A stretch of DNA of 64,000 nt. Origin: Nemertoderma westbladi. Its lineage: Eukaryota; Animalia; Xenacoelomorpha. Positions 1 to 13,210 of the stretch are shown piece by piece. A program made the position numbers and the translations under genes. Within the stretch, counting starts at the first letter, position 1. Each line of letters begins with the position of its first letter. The notes beneath the pieces were generated by a model, which saw only the letters and a list, made by a program, of their open reading frames with translations, did not search any database and was not told the origin of the DNA. The stretch lies in assembly GCA_032718475.1 (NCBI GenBank), contig JAUCBJ010008352.1:23670-87669 (forward strand), written 5' to 3'.

Positions 1-700
1 AAGAAGAGTGTCTAAGGTTAGTTTCACTCTTGTCACAGGGATCGCTCTCTTACCATGCATGCTGCTTACAGTATACTGAGCAGTCTTACCTTGACTCATG
101 TCCGTAACCACGTCGGCTACTTGTTCGTCGACATAACTGTGTGATGAAGCAGAGTCTAAGATAGCGTATATACGCTTGCTCCCTCGGGTTCCGGTAATCT
201 TTATAGGAATCACGCTAAACCCTTTCAATTGGTTCTGTGTGAGGAGCGTTACCGATGGTTGTTCCTCACCCGCATGCACATAGAAAGTGTCGTCTTCCTC
301 CTCGTCCTCGTCCGATGATCCTGACTGATCCATACAGTCCGTATAAAACGTACGGATCTCGCGCGGCGCATGCTCCTTGTATAGTGCGTCGCATCTAGCC
401 GCTTTATCTGGATGCTCTTGTCGAAAGCGTCTGGTCGGAGTATGACTAGTAGTGTGAAGTAACGCGTCATGGTTACGTCCACACAGAGGACATGTATCGT
501 CGCTCGGGCAATCCTTCCTGATGTGTCCTGGCTTCGTACATCTCCAGCAAGAATCTAAAGATCGGATTTGGAGTCTCCTCTCCTCGATTCCTAACTCTTT
601 AAAAGCGCGACATCCACAAAGTTTATGTCCGCTATGGTTTCTGCCATTCCGCTCGCAATATGAGCATCCCACAAAGTCCGCTGGCAACTGTTGTCGTGGC
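1..700 (-). pseudogene. BEL/Pao gag zinc knuckles and aspartic protease (interrupted frame)
   Basis: Manual translation of the minus strand gives CWRCTKPGHIRKDCPSDDTCPLCGRNHDALLH (~455-550) and GFSVIPIKITGTRGSKRIYAILDSASSHSYVDEQV (~120-225), a D-S-A active-site motif in typical BEL/Pao context. Confidence 0.8.
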
Positions 701-1071
701 TGCGTGGTGCCGATAGGCGTCAGAACTTTAGAAGTCTCAGTAGGGGTGGCGTAGGTAACGGCTTTCGCGTTCGTCGGAAACGGTTTAGTCCGAGTCGGCG
801 CAGAAATAGCTATCCCTTCTGCCGCGATATGATGATCGGTATAATTCGATCGAGTCTCGATAATGGCCTCCCGCGAAATCAGTTGATAGACGTCGGTGAG
901 TTTTAATAGCCCGCCGGCCTCTTCACGCTGGTACTGGATGCGTCGCCATTCTCGTCGAAGTCGATGATGAAGTCGACCGATTATCCTGATGAGAACCGTT
1001 GGTGCGTTAGTGTACTCGAGTTGTCCAATGGACCGTAAAGTCCCTATAACATTTTTTATTTCGTCCGCGAG

Positions 1072-2955
1072 TCATAGAAGATCGATCGGTTTCGAAATGC
1101 TGCCTCCTCTACAGAGGTCTTCGATAATGGATTTAGCCATGGCGACGTTACCGCCGTAAATCGAATACAAACGGTCGTACGCCAACTCAAAGGCATCGGG
1201 AACACCAATAAAGGTTTCCGCTAATCGTTTCGGCTCACCAGACAGGACTAGGAGCAAGTAATTAAACTTCTCCGTCGAGGTGAAAGCACACTTAGCGATC
1301 TGGGACTCTACGTAGTCTACCAGTGTGCGCCAGTGTTTCGCGTTGCCAGAGAACTTTGGCGGTTGCTGTGCCAGTAATCCGTGTCTAGCCACGAATTTCG
1401 CAATCTCGCTAACCAAATCCAACTGTCCGCGTCCCTGTTCGGTGGCGTCGTCCAGTCGTTCCCTTCCGCACGTTGTTCGTCGGTAGGAATTATTAACGGG
1501 ATCTTCTTCTCGATGTGTCGGAGTCTGTCTAGTCTCCTGTTCTCGCCTTGGTGGTCGATGTTGTCTAGGTTGTTCTAACTCCACGCTGGTTCGTGATCGA
1601 TCCGATGGTTGCGCTTCAAGTCGTTCTTCGAGTTGAGCTAGTCGGTCCGTCATCTCGGCGAACTGTTTGGCGCTGATCGTTTCCGCTGGTTGCAACGTGG
1701 GTTTCTGCTGGGGTGTTTCTCGTGGAGGATTGTCGATGTAGGGGTTCGTCGATCATTCCTCTCGTTTGTAATCCGCTGCCGCTGCCGCTCCAGTACGGAA
1801 TATTTCCCGTTCCGTCGACTCCGAGTCACTGGATGAGTCGCTGTCGTCCGGATAAGGTGGCTGGCGGGTTCGCGTCCGGCGTATTACCTTTTGTCTCACT
1901 CGTTGGGGTCCAGAATCTATGGTTCTCCGTCATTCGGTAGGCTCACAAGCCTTCCACGAAGTCGTAGGTCTCGTTAAACGTTGTTCGATCCCGTGGGTAC
2001 TACCCACATCCATCCTCCTCCGTTGTTCGGCAGGCTCGCAAGCCTTCCACGAAGTCGTAGGTTGCGTCGAACATTGTGTCAAAGGTCGAGTAAAGTAGTC
2101 GGGTTTCGTAGTCGGTCTATAAATAACTGGGTTCGCACAGCACGTCACAGGTTTAACTACTAACGGCTTACTTACCTGTTTAATTGTCATAAACGCAGGT
2201 TCCTCTCTTCCTACAAGTAGACTACGACTTACTGTAGGTGGACTAGTTACGTTACCTGCTAAAATTGGCGATGAAGTCGCCCTAGGTTGTGGTATTTCCG
2301 TCACAACAAACCTGCTACCTTGCGTCGAGCGCACAGGTGTTATTTCCTTAGGTTTCGTAACAAAGACCAGTTTTATCGGAGTCGTGGGTTTGAGCATAGG
2401 AATAACTTGGGGAAAACGTTTACAGTAATCCTCGACGAACTCCTCTCCTCGATCTATCGCTCCCACACTTCCTTCCTCGATTCGCTTCTGAATTCCGCGA
2501 TATCGAGTTTCCATGCGATCCAGGGCAGACAAGTCGTGTCCAGCTCGCAATCTTATAGATCTATCTCTCGCGTCGAGTTCAAGGTCCGCTTGCGCATTCG
2601 CTGCCTCGCGCGATCTACGATTTAGTTCGAACTGTAGTTGCATCTCCCTTTCACGTCGATCCGCTACTTGTTGTTGTGCCGCTAACTCCGCGTCCTGTAT
2701 AGCTAAACGTGATTTTATTTGCCGTGCCTCCAACTGAGCACGTGCGTCAGATGCCTCTTTCTGTCGTGCTAAGTCCTCCTCTAATCTTCTCATCTCCGAG
2801 GCTTCGACTTCGGCTTGCGCCTTGATTTGCGCAATTCTCGTCTCGTCTTCTCTACGTTGTTTCTCTCCCTCGATGGCGATCTGTGCCATCCGACGTTGTG
2901 CTTCTTCACAAATCTTCACAAAATCAGGTTTTGAGAAATTTACCCACACCACCAA
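1072..2955 (-). pseudogene. gag: BEL/Pao gag, split into ORFs 1930-2955 (coiled coil) and 1072-1695 (DUF1759-like capsid region)
   Basis: E/Q/R/A-rich helical N-term, then KFSG...W...EKFNYL...G.P...AYDRLYSIYG motif. This motif is shared with the gags of elements B and C. Confidence 0.75.
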
Positions 2956-4489
2956 TCAATCAAAGAAAGGGGGACAGTACGTGTTCACCCCTTTTAATCT
3001 CCCCCCCCCCCCCCCCAACCCTTCCCAACCACCAATACATAACCGCGACATCTACCACCCACGGAAGGGTAGCACGAACTTATTTCCAATCGCACTTTAA
3101 ATATGCAAAGCCAGGTGGTTTATAGGAATATAATAAACGCAGTACTCGTTTTCATTATAAGCCTCTTTGCGTTCGTCCTGTTTTGTATTTAAGTATATTT
3201 CTTAAACGCAGGCTAGGTTATAATAATAATAACTAGGGATGCGATCAATATGTGAAGCCAGGTGGTTTATTTAATAATATAGTCAACGCAGTTCTCGTCT
3301 TCTTTATATGCCTCGTTGCGCTCGTCGCTTGTCCTGTTTTGTCATAAAATATTTTTCCTAAACGCAGACTGACGATCTTTATACAGTTATAACTATGCGA
3401 AGTTTCGAAACTGTGCGAGTAACTGTTGATACATCTATGTGGAGATGTGTGATATGTGGAGATGTGTGATACAACGCCAACGCATCTTATGCCGATGTAG
3501 TAATATGGGCATTGAAATAATATTAAATCAATGTACACTCTTAAAGCTGCAGCGAAAAAATGTAGCTAATTTCCTAGGTTACATATAAAATAATAATATT
3601 ATTTTTAAGAACATTAATTTTACTACTTTGCAAAAATTCAATTAAAAAATAACCAGACATATACATTGTGGAATAAACTATTTCAGAAGAACTATTTCAG
3701 CCATGCCATGGATTGTATTTATGTTATTATATCTGTCATTTACCTGTGATAGCAATACAACACTTATAGTAGAGTCAATAGTCAATTCCTCTCTGGTTAG
3801 TCTACAGCCACAACTCCCAGCAAGCTCCACACCAGCAGAGACTTGACCAATAATCATTCCCAGCACCTGGCTGCCTTAACACACATCCTTCCATCTATGT
3901 ACCAGCATGTTGGCCAATAAATGAGCAGTATTTAATGAGAATCAATTTTTTACACAGTTTTAATTACTTTAGATCAATTAAAGACACAATTATTAAAGCA
4001 AATCACTTGAACTAATTAAAAACTATAATAGAATGGCGCATGTGGATTACATCTGTATAATTTTTAAGTATAATTATTTAAATCTTATACTGTAAAACAA
4101 TTAATTTCCTTTAAAAGGCAGGTTGAAAATGGTGTTTTTACCGTAATCAACTTAATTAACTAATTAACTGCTATTATCTTAGCTTCTCGAAGGCCACACG
4201 GAAATTCTACTTGGAAAATTTCTAAACTTTTGCCAAACAACATGTGTACCAAGTTTGGATAGATTTCATCAAAGATTGGCCGAGTTATTAACGTTTAAAA
4301 TTGAACGCGACAGAACGACAGAACGACAGAACGACAGAACGACAGGTTGATTAATGGTACCACTACGCTAAGGCTCACTCACTTTGTGAAGATTTTGCGA
4401 ATCCTAACTATCACTGACAGTCCTAAATACAGTAACTTGCCGCGGTGTGATTTATATGGTTTATATACGAGCTAGGTGGGTTGCAGACC

Positions 4490-4612
4490 TAGTGTAACAA
4501 TACTGATCCCCCTGTCTGAATCAGCCTAAAAGAGGTCGTACCTAAATGTAACAATAACTGATCCCCCTGTACGAAATCAGTCTAAAAGGTCGGGCCTAAA
4601 TGTAACAATACT
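4490..4612. repeat. ~53-bp tandem repeat (about 2.5 copies) in leader of element A
   Basis: tgtaacaata(a)ctgatccccctgt...aatcag.ctaaaag recurs at ~4493, ~4547 and ~4601. Confidence 0.7.
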
Positions 4613-5714
4613 GCTGCGCAGAAAAACAACAGTTTAATAACGAAGATGAAATACTCCTTCTTGCTGTAACTAAATATCTGATCCTAATTTACAAATACAG
4701 ATAAATTCTGCCTAAATCTAAATTGCGCTATCTAGTAGGAACTCTAAGGGAAATATGTTTTAGGGCGTGTGTGTGGGTGTGTTACAATAAAACAATTTTG
4801 GTGTATATCATTTACTAGGTTTTAGTAATTCTCTGACCGAAATAATACCGTACGCTAGCTACTAAAATAAGCTAGTCGCGTTTGGTAGAGCTTTATACTT
4901 ACAAATGACGTCAAAGCTCTCTCCTTCCTATCCACAACTCAACTGGGCAACCACGGTGTTAGTAACTACACCCGTGATCGGCACAAATACCAGATTCTGG
5001 TTGTAAGATAAGAAATAGGGGTTAATTGCTTCCGTACGTTAGCTGATCTGGTATACAAATTTGATTCTAGAACTTTGTTGCTGCGGTAGTTAGCAGCAAT
5101 ACCTATCAGTACGTGGCAAGGCGCAGTAGGATATTAATAAAACCTCCCTAGGCCAAGCGGTGTGCCGGTAGCAGAAATACTCCTTACCTGATCAAATAAC
5201 TAACTTCAGGCGGGGGTAGGGTACTAATGTATGCTCTACAAAGCGAACCGGTACCAAACAGTCAGTACTACGAATCACTAAATTATGGAACATATGCTGT
5301 CCGTACCTAATGTGTACTCGCGTACTGACGAATGGCAATAATTCGCACCTGTGAGGTATACAGGCAACCCAGGGGTTCGTACTACTGACAAGGGGGGGGG
5401 GGGGGGGGGGGGTTCTGCCAAAATATAGTTATTTGATCCTAAATTTGCGGCGTCCCAGGACGGCGTCACGCTTACCCTGATCTATAGGTCTTACGTCAGG
5501 CAAGGGCGTCAAACAAACTCTTACCTTCCTCATAAAGCGGGCGCTGCATGGCAAGTGGAGCATTTCGAAGGGTGAAGGGGGTGCGCGGTCTAATCTAATG
5601 TGGGCGCTAGCGTGTTGTGGACATCCTTTCCCTGCGTTGCTGACGGCCTAACGGTCTAGGCGGCCATCTTCCTGATGCTTTGCTGTCCCAAAGTTGGACA
5701 AATGCAGAAAAACA

Positions 5715-6241
5715 TGTTCAGAAGTTTATAGTATATTTACAGTTTACAAAACTTTATCAAACAGAATTGCCAAATAGTTTCAACAAGAAACATAATAAAC
5801 TGAATGAATCAAGTTTAACAAGAGTAGTGAACTGTAAGTTGTACTAACTAAGAATGGTGTAGAGTGATAACCGAAGGCAAACCAGCCCTTTATATACTAA
5901 ATCTGGGACATAGAATCTACTAGAACTTTCTAGAGTATTCCATGGCCTCACATTGGAGCAATAAGATATTCCATGCCCTATGATTGGCCTAACTCATCGT
6001 TCCATGTGTTGTACGCACCTCATTGGTTTGTCAAATTGTATGAAATGAAAATAAATTGCCCCAAAATGCAAATTTCCCGACTGGGATTCGAACTCGTAAC
6101 CTATGTAATGCAACCAACGCCTTAACCATCTGACCACTACGCCACGAGATTAACTAGGGGTTTTATGTGTACTGATATGAGTAGGCATATTACATTACTG
6201 TAACTTAATCAAAATGCGTCGGATTTTCGAAAGTTTTTACA
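5715..6241 (-). repeat. Putative 5' LTR of element A
   Basis: Minus strand reads TGTAAAAAC...CTGAACA (TG..CA), with CCAAT boxes and TATATAAA at 5889-5896. Termini resemble those of LTR B (TGTAAAAGC...GGAACA). No second copy in the window confirms the ends. Confidence 0.55.
6071..6144 (-). other. tRNA-like / SINE-head remnant inside putative LTR A
   Basis: Minus strand ggcgtagTGGTCAGATGGttaaggcg...gaGTTCGAATCCcag shows A-box and B-box spacing. Acceptor and T stems pair poorly, so it is not a functional tRNA. Confidence 0.55.
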
Positions 6242-6850
6242 TTATACTACAAATGCTATCCTATAGTGAAATAATTCATCAGATGTCATGTCGATGGGTT
6301 CGTCCTGGATCATCCTTCGGCCGGCGGGTACATCCTGTATCATCCTAGGGACAGCGGGTTCGTCGTGGAACAATTTCAGATCAGCTGGCTCGTCCCAGAT
6401 CATCCTTTGGTCGGCGGGTTCGTCCTGGATCATCCCCCGGTTGGCGGGTTCATCCTGGACCATCCTCCAGGCCGTGGGTTCATTGGGGATCAACTTCAGG
6501 TCGGCCGGTTCGCCCCAGATCGTCCTCCGGCCGACGGGTTCATCCTGGATCATCATCCGGTCCGACTGTTCGTCCCGGATCCTCCTCCAGTCGACAGGTT
6601 CATCCCAGATCATCCTCCAGTCAACGGGTTTGTCCACGATTGTCCTAGAGTCGGCGGGTTCATCAGGGATCAACTTTGGGTCAGCCAGTTCGTCCTGGAT
6701 TGCTAAATTCCTCTCGGTGTGCCTTGAGACACAGCGCATAACACGCTCAGCACAGATTAGTAGTTCACTGCGACTTCCCATTGTGGAGACCTGGTGTGCA
6801 GCCAACATCTTTTTAAGACGCACCGTTGTCAGCTTTCTAACGTTCTCCAT
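6242..6850 (-). CDS. SAP-domain-like protein with ~14 x 10-aa (30-bp) DEPADxRMIQ repeats; ends at LTR A junction
   Basis: N-term LTTVRLKKMLAAHQVSTMGSRSELL fits the SAP consensus (L.v.eLk..L...gl.t.G.K.eL). 30-bp repeats span ~6290-6705. The stop codon abuts the putative LTR end. Confidence 0.5.
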   Translation of the reverse strand: MENVRKLTTVRLKKMLAAHQVSTMGSRSELLICAERVMRCVSRHTERNLAIQDELADPKLIPDEPADSRTIVDKPVDWRMIWDEPVDWRRIRDEQSDRMMIQDEPVGRRTIWGEPADLKLIPNEPTAWRMVQDEPANRGMIQDEPADQRMIWDEPADLKLFHDEPAVPRMIQDVPAGRRMIQDEPIDMTSDELFHYRIAFVV

Positions 6851-7108
6851 GATAAACCGTATGGTATGGTGCCGGTAGAAATAAAAAATAAAGCCGTAAA
6901 AATAAAAACTCGTCGATTTTCTTCATAAATCGGTATGGCGAGCGTGTGGTCCAGCCTCCAGCGAGGTTTTGTCTCAGCCAGAGACCTTAGCACAAGTTTG
7001 GTTTAATTTCGTCTGTGATAGACCTACTTATTTCGTTTTTTTTAGATATATAGATATAGATATTTCTGCAAAGGAGATACAGTCTGACAGTATCGCCAAT
7101 GGGAATAT

Positions 7109-7308
7109 CTGCGCGCAAACTTCCATGTCGCGCGCGCAAACTTCCATGTCGCACGCGCAAACTTCCATGTCGCGCGCGCAAACTTCCATGTCGCGCGTGC
7201 AAACTTCCATGTCGAGCGCACAAACTTCCATGTCGCGCGCGCAAATGTTTCTACACGGAAATGGCATAAAGTTTGCGCGCTTGACATGGAAGTTTGCGCG
7301 CGACATGG
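7109..7308. repeat. 21-bp tandem repeat (6 copies) followed by inverted copies
   Basis: (gcgcaaacttccatgtcgcgc)x6 at 7111-7243, then aagtttgcgcgcttgacatggaagtttgcgcgcgacatgg in reverse orientation at 7269-7308. Confidence 0.85.
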
Positions 7309-8649
7309 CCGTTATGGGCTTCCGTAATATACTCATGAACAACCTTAGAAATAACGGCGAGAAGCCCTTCTTGATGAGTTCCATGTGTTGACAGAATTTG
7401 GAAATTTTGTTTAAAAAAATGTTTGGCATTTTTCGACTCAAAATTACCGAAAAGTAAAAGTAAAATTTTTGTATTTTTTACACAAAAAATGCCATAACTT
7501 TTTTTAAAACAAAATTTTAAAAACACAATTTTGCGCTGAACGTTCCTCTACATAATTATGCAAACAGAACGAAAATCGGTTGTGTAGTTACAAAGTAGAT
7601 AGAGAAAGTGTCCCAAAAAAGAGAAAGAGAACGCGAGAAAAATGACATTTAAATTTCCTCCTGATTACAACTAACCAAACATGAACCACATTTGTGCATG
7701 CACCACACAGTGAACAATTTTAAAAATTTTTCAAAAATGATCTTCTTCTGCGGGTAAAATAGGAATACCTAGGTCAATAGGTCAATTGTTGGCGCTGATT
7801 GTGAAAATAGTAAAATATTTCAAAAATTTTGGGTGTTTGGTGGTCTGTTTTGGTATCAAATGTGGTGCTGCACCAAAATTAAGAAGTTTTCAAATTTTGG
7901 ATGAAAATTACAAAAGTTGCCATAACTCGAGAACAAAACAACTTATCGAAAAACTGATTTCCGATACGGAATCACCATAGAATGTTACATTGGAAAACAC
8001 ATTAAAAGAAAATCTGATGAAAAAAAGAATGGGGGTGAACACCTTTAAGTACCCACCTTAAGTAACTTACTTTTAGTATAAGTCTAACCGGTTTAAAAGC
8101 TTGATTACTACAGTACTTTGTCCGAAAATTGTGTAATGTTATCACTTCTACGCATTAACGAATTAAATTTGACCTAGGTATATGATGGCCCTTATAGCAC
8201 AGACACCCAACTGGCCGTCTGGGAAGGCAGTGGGATTTCAGCTCAAATTACATCGAGTTCTAATGATATTACCCTCATATTTCAAACTGATTCGAAAGTT
8301 GTTACTACAGGATACTCTATCGACTATACAGGTAAGTCAATATCATACTTTCTATAAACTATTAGAATATACATCATACATACAATATATCATACAATAT
8401 ACATCATACATATAAACGTTAAAGGAATGTATGGCACCCTAGGGTGTTATGTCAGGCGAATAAGCAAGGCCGAATGAAATAGAGATTTTGTTGAGGTATA
8501 GGTTGTTGCCGTTAGGTCCAAGAAGGGGGGCCACCAACCATACAGGTGCACCGACCGTGACGGTGACCGGATAACTCACGCGGACGGTAAACTGCTCGGT
8601 TGAGGAAGAGCACTAGGCAAGACTGGGTCGCCTCGTACAGCACAGCGAA

Positions 8650-9493
8650 TACTACTACTAGGATCGGCATGCTGTATTGCAGCTGCATTTTTTAGAATGC
8701 TGTGCCGGCTTATCGACAAAATTGCACCGCCACAACTCCCTATCACCCATGACATTTGCTAGATCATCCGCATCTTCAACGCCAGTGTCCTTTAAGATGC
8801 GTCTCAAGAAAGTCCTGGGCTGTCCACCATGCTTAATCACTCCATGAGGCTGCCAAAGTACAAGATTATGCACTGGCTGGTCCTCACGGCGAAAGCAATG
8901 TCCTGCAAAGCGGAGGCGATTTTGTTCTAGTGTCAAGCTTGGGGGAACCAATGAGACACCTCCAATGTTATATAGTGTCTGGTTAAAGATGAGTGCATTG
9001 AAATTGACACAATGAACCCGGCGTAGCATCTTGTGAATGTGCCGTCCAGAGATTTGGTGTCCTCAGCAGTTAGAGCCCAGCATGGACTCCCATAGAGGAG
9101 TACTGGAACTACTGCTGCTCTAAATAACCGGACCTTTCCGATGAATTCTCGGTGACTTCCAAATCCTGGAACGCCTATTCAAGGCTGCCCATGCCTTTCC
9201 CTTACGTATTCGAAGGTCCTTACCTGACTTCCGGATCCATGATCCCAAGTAACATAAGTCATCCACATGCTCCAGCATACCATCTTTTGAGCTTATGCTC
9301 ATCCGATCAGAGACTTGCTGAGGACTTTCAAAGTTAACTGTCAAAATTTTGGTCGTTCTGGAGTTAATAAAAAGACCAACACTAGAAGCAGCATGTTATA
9401 ATGAGCTGAGGAGCCGTTGGGCTCCCTCTAGTGATTCTGAGAGTACTCATCAGCAAAGTCTAGATCAGTTAGGTACTTGGCAGGATTTCCTCG
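8650..9493 (-). mobile_element. 5'-truncated RTE-like LINE (RT C-terminus, 3' end), frameshifted
   Basis: Near-identical to 59795-60660. Motifs YLGSWI, RLRFAGHCFRRED and LVLWQP; (TAG)n tail. Flanked by imperfect TSD agcacagcga[a/g]tacta (8639-8654 / 9494-9509). Confidence 0.85.
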
Positions 9494-11229
9494 AGCACAG
9501 CGAGTACTAGCCACTGGCTGAATATGAAATATATATAAATACGTTCAAATATGTATAGTACGGTATTACAGTATCAGTAGTGTAGAGATACAACCCAACT
9601 ACCATTACAAGGCATTCAATAGCTGATCATAATTATTAGCACCTTGTACTGTACAAATAGAAAGTAGGAAATGTGGGGGCTGCTATCTACCGAGATTTGC
9701 AGTCAGATAATAAACAAAATAATCCGGGCGAGCCCCATTATTACCATCCCAGTTTAACACCACTTCCCTGGGATACGATGCGAGGTACAGTAGCATCCCA
9801 TAATCAGGGAAGATGGACTCGCACTGGACTTCAATGGAGTAATGGATATGGCGAACAACGTACAAGCATAATGGATATGACTAAAAACAAGTACAAACTT
9901 AAAGTATATATCATGACCCCTTGCAAGGCAGAGGTGGTGATTCGAGTGGTCAAAAATATAAATAACCGAATTTGGTTTCAATACAAATACAGACACACAT
10001 ATAGATATATTAAACAATGATTGTAGAGGCAAAAAGACCCAAAAAATTAGATTGCTACACAAAATTGATATCTCCCAAAAAATGATACTGTATCTCCTAG
10101 AAGGGGCAAAATGAGCTACACATCGGAAAAAATCCCTATCCTATTTCAAGGGGTGAATAAAAATAGCAGAAAATTTAACAAATTGCTCAATCAGAATACA
10201 GTACTGTGTATGTAATATATATAATATATCGGAGTAATCTGAGTACTGATTCGGTTTCGTCGGCAATGCTTCTTGAGCCAGCTGGTGATTTGTACGACTA
10301 TCAAGGAGGCAAACCACCATCCTGAATAGACCCAGAATTGTCCAAGCAACGGATCCCAGGGGCTGAAGAGAAGTGAAGGTGATGTAAGCAGTGGTGGATC
10401 AACAACATCATCAGCAGGAGATCCTCAGAATGTTTCTACTGTTTTCATATCCAGATTTCTTGGAGAAATCAGACTACAATGGTGCAGATACAGATGGAAC
10501 CTCCATGTGAGACAATGTCCAACAATAACATATAAAACCGTGTGAAACTGAACCTATAAAATCATATGAAAGAGGGTCCCATTACCTCAGGCTCAGCCTG
10601 AGCCAACCAACATCTGAGAATCGTGATATAGAGGTGTTAGATAGTGATCCAAAACATATCTCATTAAGACAGACGAGAATGTAAGCCTTGCAGCTATTGT
10701 ACATCAGAGGGTAGCTTCACATCGTTATCTCCCCAACATCGCCAACACTGAATCGGATCTCTCAGAATAATCGAAGCCTGAAGCATCAGCCATATTATGT
10801 TCAGTACTAATAAGCATATGGCCGTTATGACAAAGTGTATTACCTATGAGGTTCAAAATTGCTTGGTGTCTTTTACTAATACTAAAATAATTAATTGTCA
10901 AATATTTTTTTTTATATTTTAACAGACGCCAAGTTCCAAAGCATATTTAAGAACATATTCATGCCCTCATACATTGCAATTTGACATTTTTTATTTGTTT
11001 ATTTGTTTTTGTTTTTTTGGTTTAAGCATTCTCCATGTTTCCTTAGAAACAGAGAAATGGCACAAGTAAAACTCGGTCTGTCATCAGTCGAATAATAATT
11101 TCGATTCCACTCCAAAAATTAGTTAAGGGGTAACTTTTAATTCTAGGTAATTATTTGCATACACATATATACATAGTACATACACATACATACCACCACC
11201 AACACATAATTAACATACATAAATATTGT

Positions 11230-13210
11230 TTTCACAGCAGAAGTCTTTTTTCAGATTTTGCCTATCGTCCATAATTACCTTCTTGGTGGCCTGCAGCCAT
11301 CTCAAGCAACACAAGACGTTGAATTGGACATTGTAATGTTGAACCATTTAAAAGCTGTAAAGTTAAAGAGCGAACCAAACCACCATCACCTTTGTGAATT
11401 TCTCGTACTAGAGCAAGCAGCCACTTACGACGAGGGATATTGGGCTCGTCAACTATAACGAGATCAAAAGCTAGGTTTGGGGCTTTTGAAAACCATTTGG
11501 TTATTGTTTGAATTGTGGGAAGTTAGTGTTCCTTCCAAATACCCCAAAAGACATATTATTCTGCATGTAAGGCGACTGACTGCCTTATATAAAGCTTGGA
11601 GGTAATAGGCTTGTCTGTCACCATCCTCATGGCGTTCATATACCTGTAATGGGGATGGCCGGGGATTTATAAAATGAGCAGGGGTTATTGCCTCTATGCC
11701 ATACGGATCATTTGATTTTCGGATTGATGGCAGGTGGTTAATAGAATCTGCAATCTCTAAAAGGAGCGTACGGAACATCTCATCCGAAAAATCTTGTTTT
11801 GATGCTATTATATTTGCCAATCAAAGCAACTGTGATTGAATGAATTAACCACTCATAGGCACTATCATACCATGGAGCATGGGGTGGGTTAAAGTGCCAG
11901 GGTTGATAGACCAACTGGAATTCAACCAACTTCTGTTTGAGAACAGGTTCATTCCGGTTCTCAATGAACTGCTGCAGTTCCCTTGGGAGCTGCAATAAAG
12001 TTAGAAGTTAGAGCCACAGTCTGAACGATATTTGGTTGCACCCCCTGTCGATGCTACAAAACACTGAAGACAAAGCATACAGCTTTGCATGTCAGCATGA
12101 TCGACAACATCAAGATACACAGCTCTAGTTGTAAACCAAGTAAATATTATCGCCCAATGTTTATATGTACGGTAGCCACAGCATACACTAAAGGTGCCAA
12201 ACATATCCACACCAGTGGATGTGAAGGCTGGCTTCCATATTTGAAGACGTTCAGGTGGTAGATGGGCCTGAAGCTGCTCACAAGGACGTGCAAATAACCT
12301 ATCTACAGGGTAGGCATTGATCTAGAATGTACCGTAGAAATTTACATGTGCGAATTAAGTAGTAATGTTGACCAATGAACAGATCGTTTAATCCATGTAA
12401 TAGCCCTTGCAGCTCTATTAAAGGATCGATAATGCTGTATAAGATCAAGTAATAGGGGACTAACATTTTTTGGTAGTTTGAGGAAAGGTTTCATTATGAG
12501 GGTACTACAATCCGCAGCAGATTACTAAGGCTTAAAAACTTAATTTGTAATGCAGAATTGAAGTCTGGAACAGCCAATATCAGAGGCTTCACCTTGAGTT
12601 CCGCTCCCTTGCCGAGTGCAGTGTCAGATAGGGGAGGAGGCCAGTATTCTGATCCTTGTCATAAGAATTCTGGCCCATCAAACCAAAGTTTACACTCTAA
12701 GAATTTGTCACAAAGTAAATGGGGAATTGGCAGGGAGTTGGTCACCTGGTATATGCCTCCACTGAGCTACAACAGTGGAGAATGAAAGAATACCTTGAAA
12801 TCGGTTTGCAACATAAACTACAAACTGAGCAGTCTCGTTATGTAAGTACTGCAGAACTAAGGATGCATCTGTCCACAATGCAAGTTTGGCCTCAGCCCAT
12901 ATGAGTTCTTTATGTACAGTAGAGTTCTAGCTAATTCAACAGCATATATTGCAGATTGCAATTCTGCTCTGGGTATGGGTAGCCCTTTTGTAGGCATGAT
13001 ATGAGTTTTGCTGCCTAACTATGTAGTACCAATATTCTGGTCATCATCCCAAAAGAGATATGCAAATGGAACCGCTCCCATGCCTAAACTGCTTGCATCA
13101 CTGAATGCGTAGAATGCCACAAATGGGGTAGGCTGAGGATCAGGCAAATGTTAACGTGGCAGGATCATAGTGTCCAAGTAGTGTAAGGCTGTTTCCCATT
13201 TAGAAAAGAA
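11230..13210 (-). pseudogene. pol: Decayed BEL/Pao pol fragment (RNase H - integrase)
   Basis: Fragmented motifs AFSDASSLGMGAV (~13090), WFDGPEFL (~12670), TGVDMFGTF, SDCGSNF, WHFNPPHAPW and INHLP...AITPAHFI, with many stops and frameshifts. Confidence 0.85.

Larger units (their letters stand above)
1..6241 (-). mobile_element. BEL/Pao LTR retrotransposon A (5' part; continues beyond left edge), degenerate
   Basis: Minus-strand order: putative LTR (5715-6241), long leader, coiled-coil gag N-term (1930-2955), DUF1759-like gag (1072-1695, PPKFSGNAKHW...EKFNYLLLVLSGEP), zinc knuckles (~450-690), aspartic protease (~100-230). The 3' half and second LTR are outside the window. Confidence 0.8.

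Noticed and set aside
6071-6144. Functional tRNA gene
   Set aside because: Acceptor and T stems do not pair; only the A/B boxes remain.
11060-11100. Hammerhead ribozyme at CTGATGA motifs (here and at 987, 37371, 38393)
   Set aside because: No stem II followed by GAAA, and no closing stems found.
11230-13210. Missing pol of element B
   Set aside because: It lies outside B's LTRs and is far more decayed than B's ~98% identical LTRs would allow.
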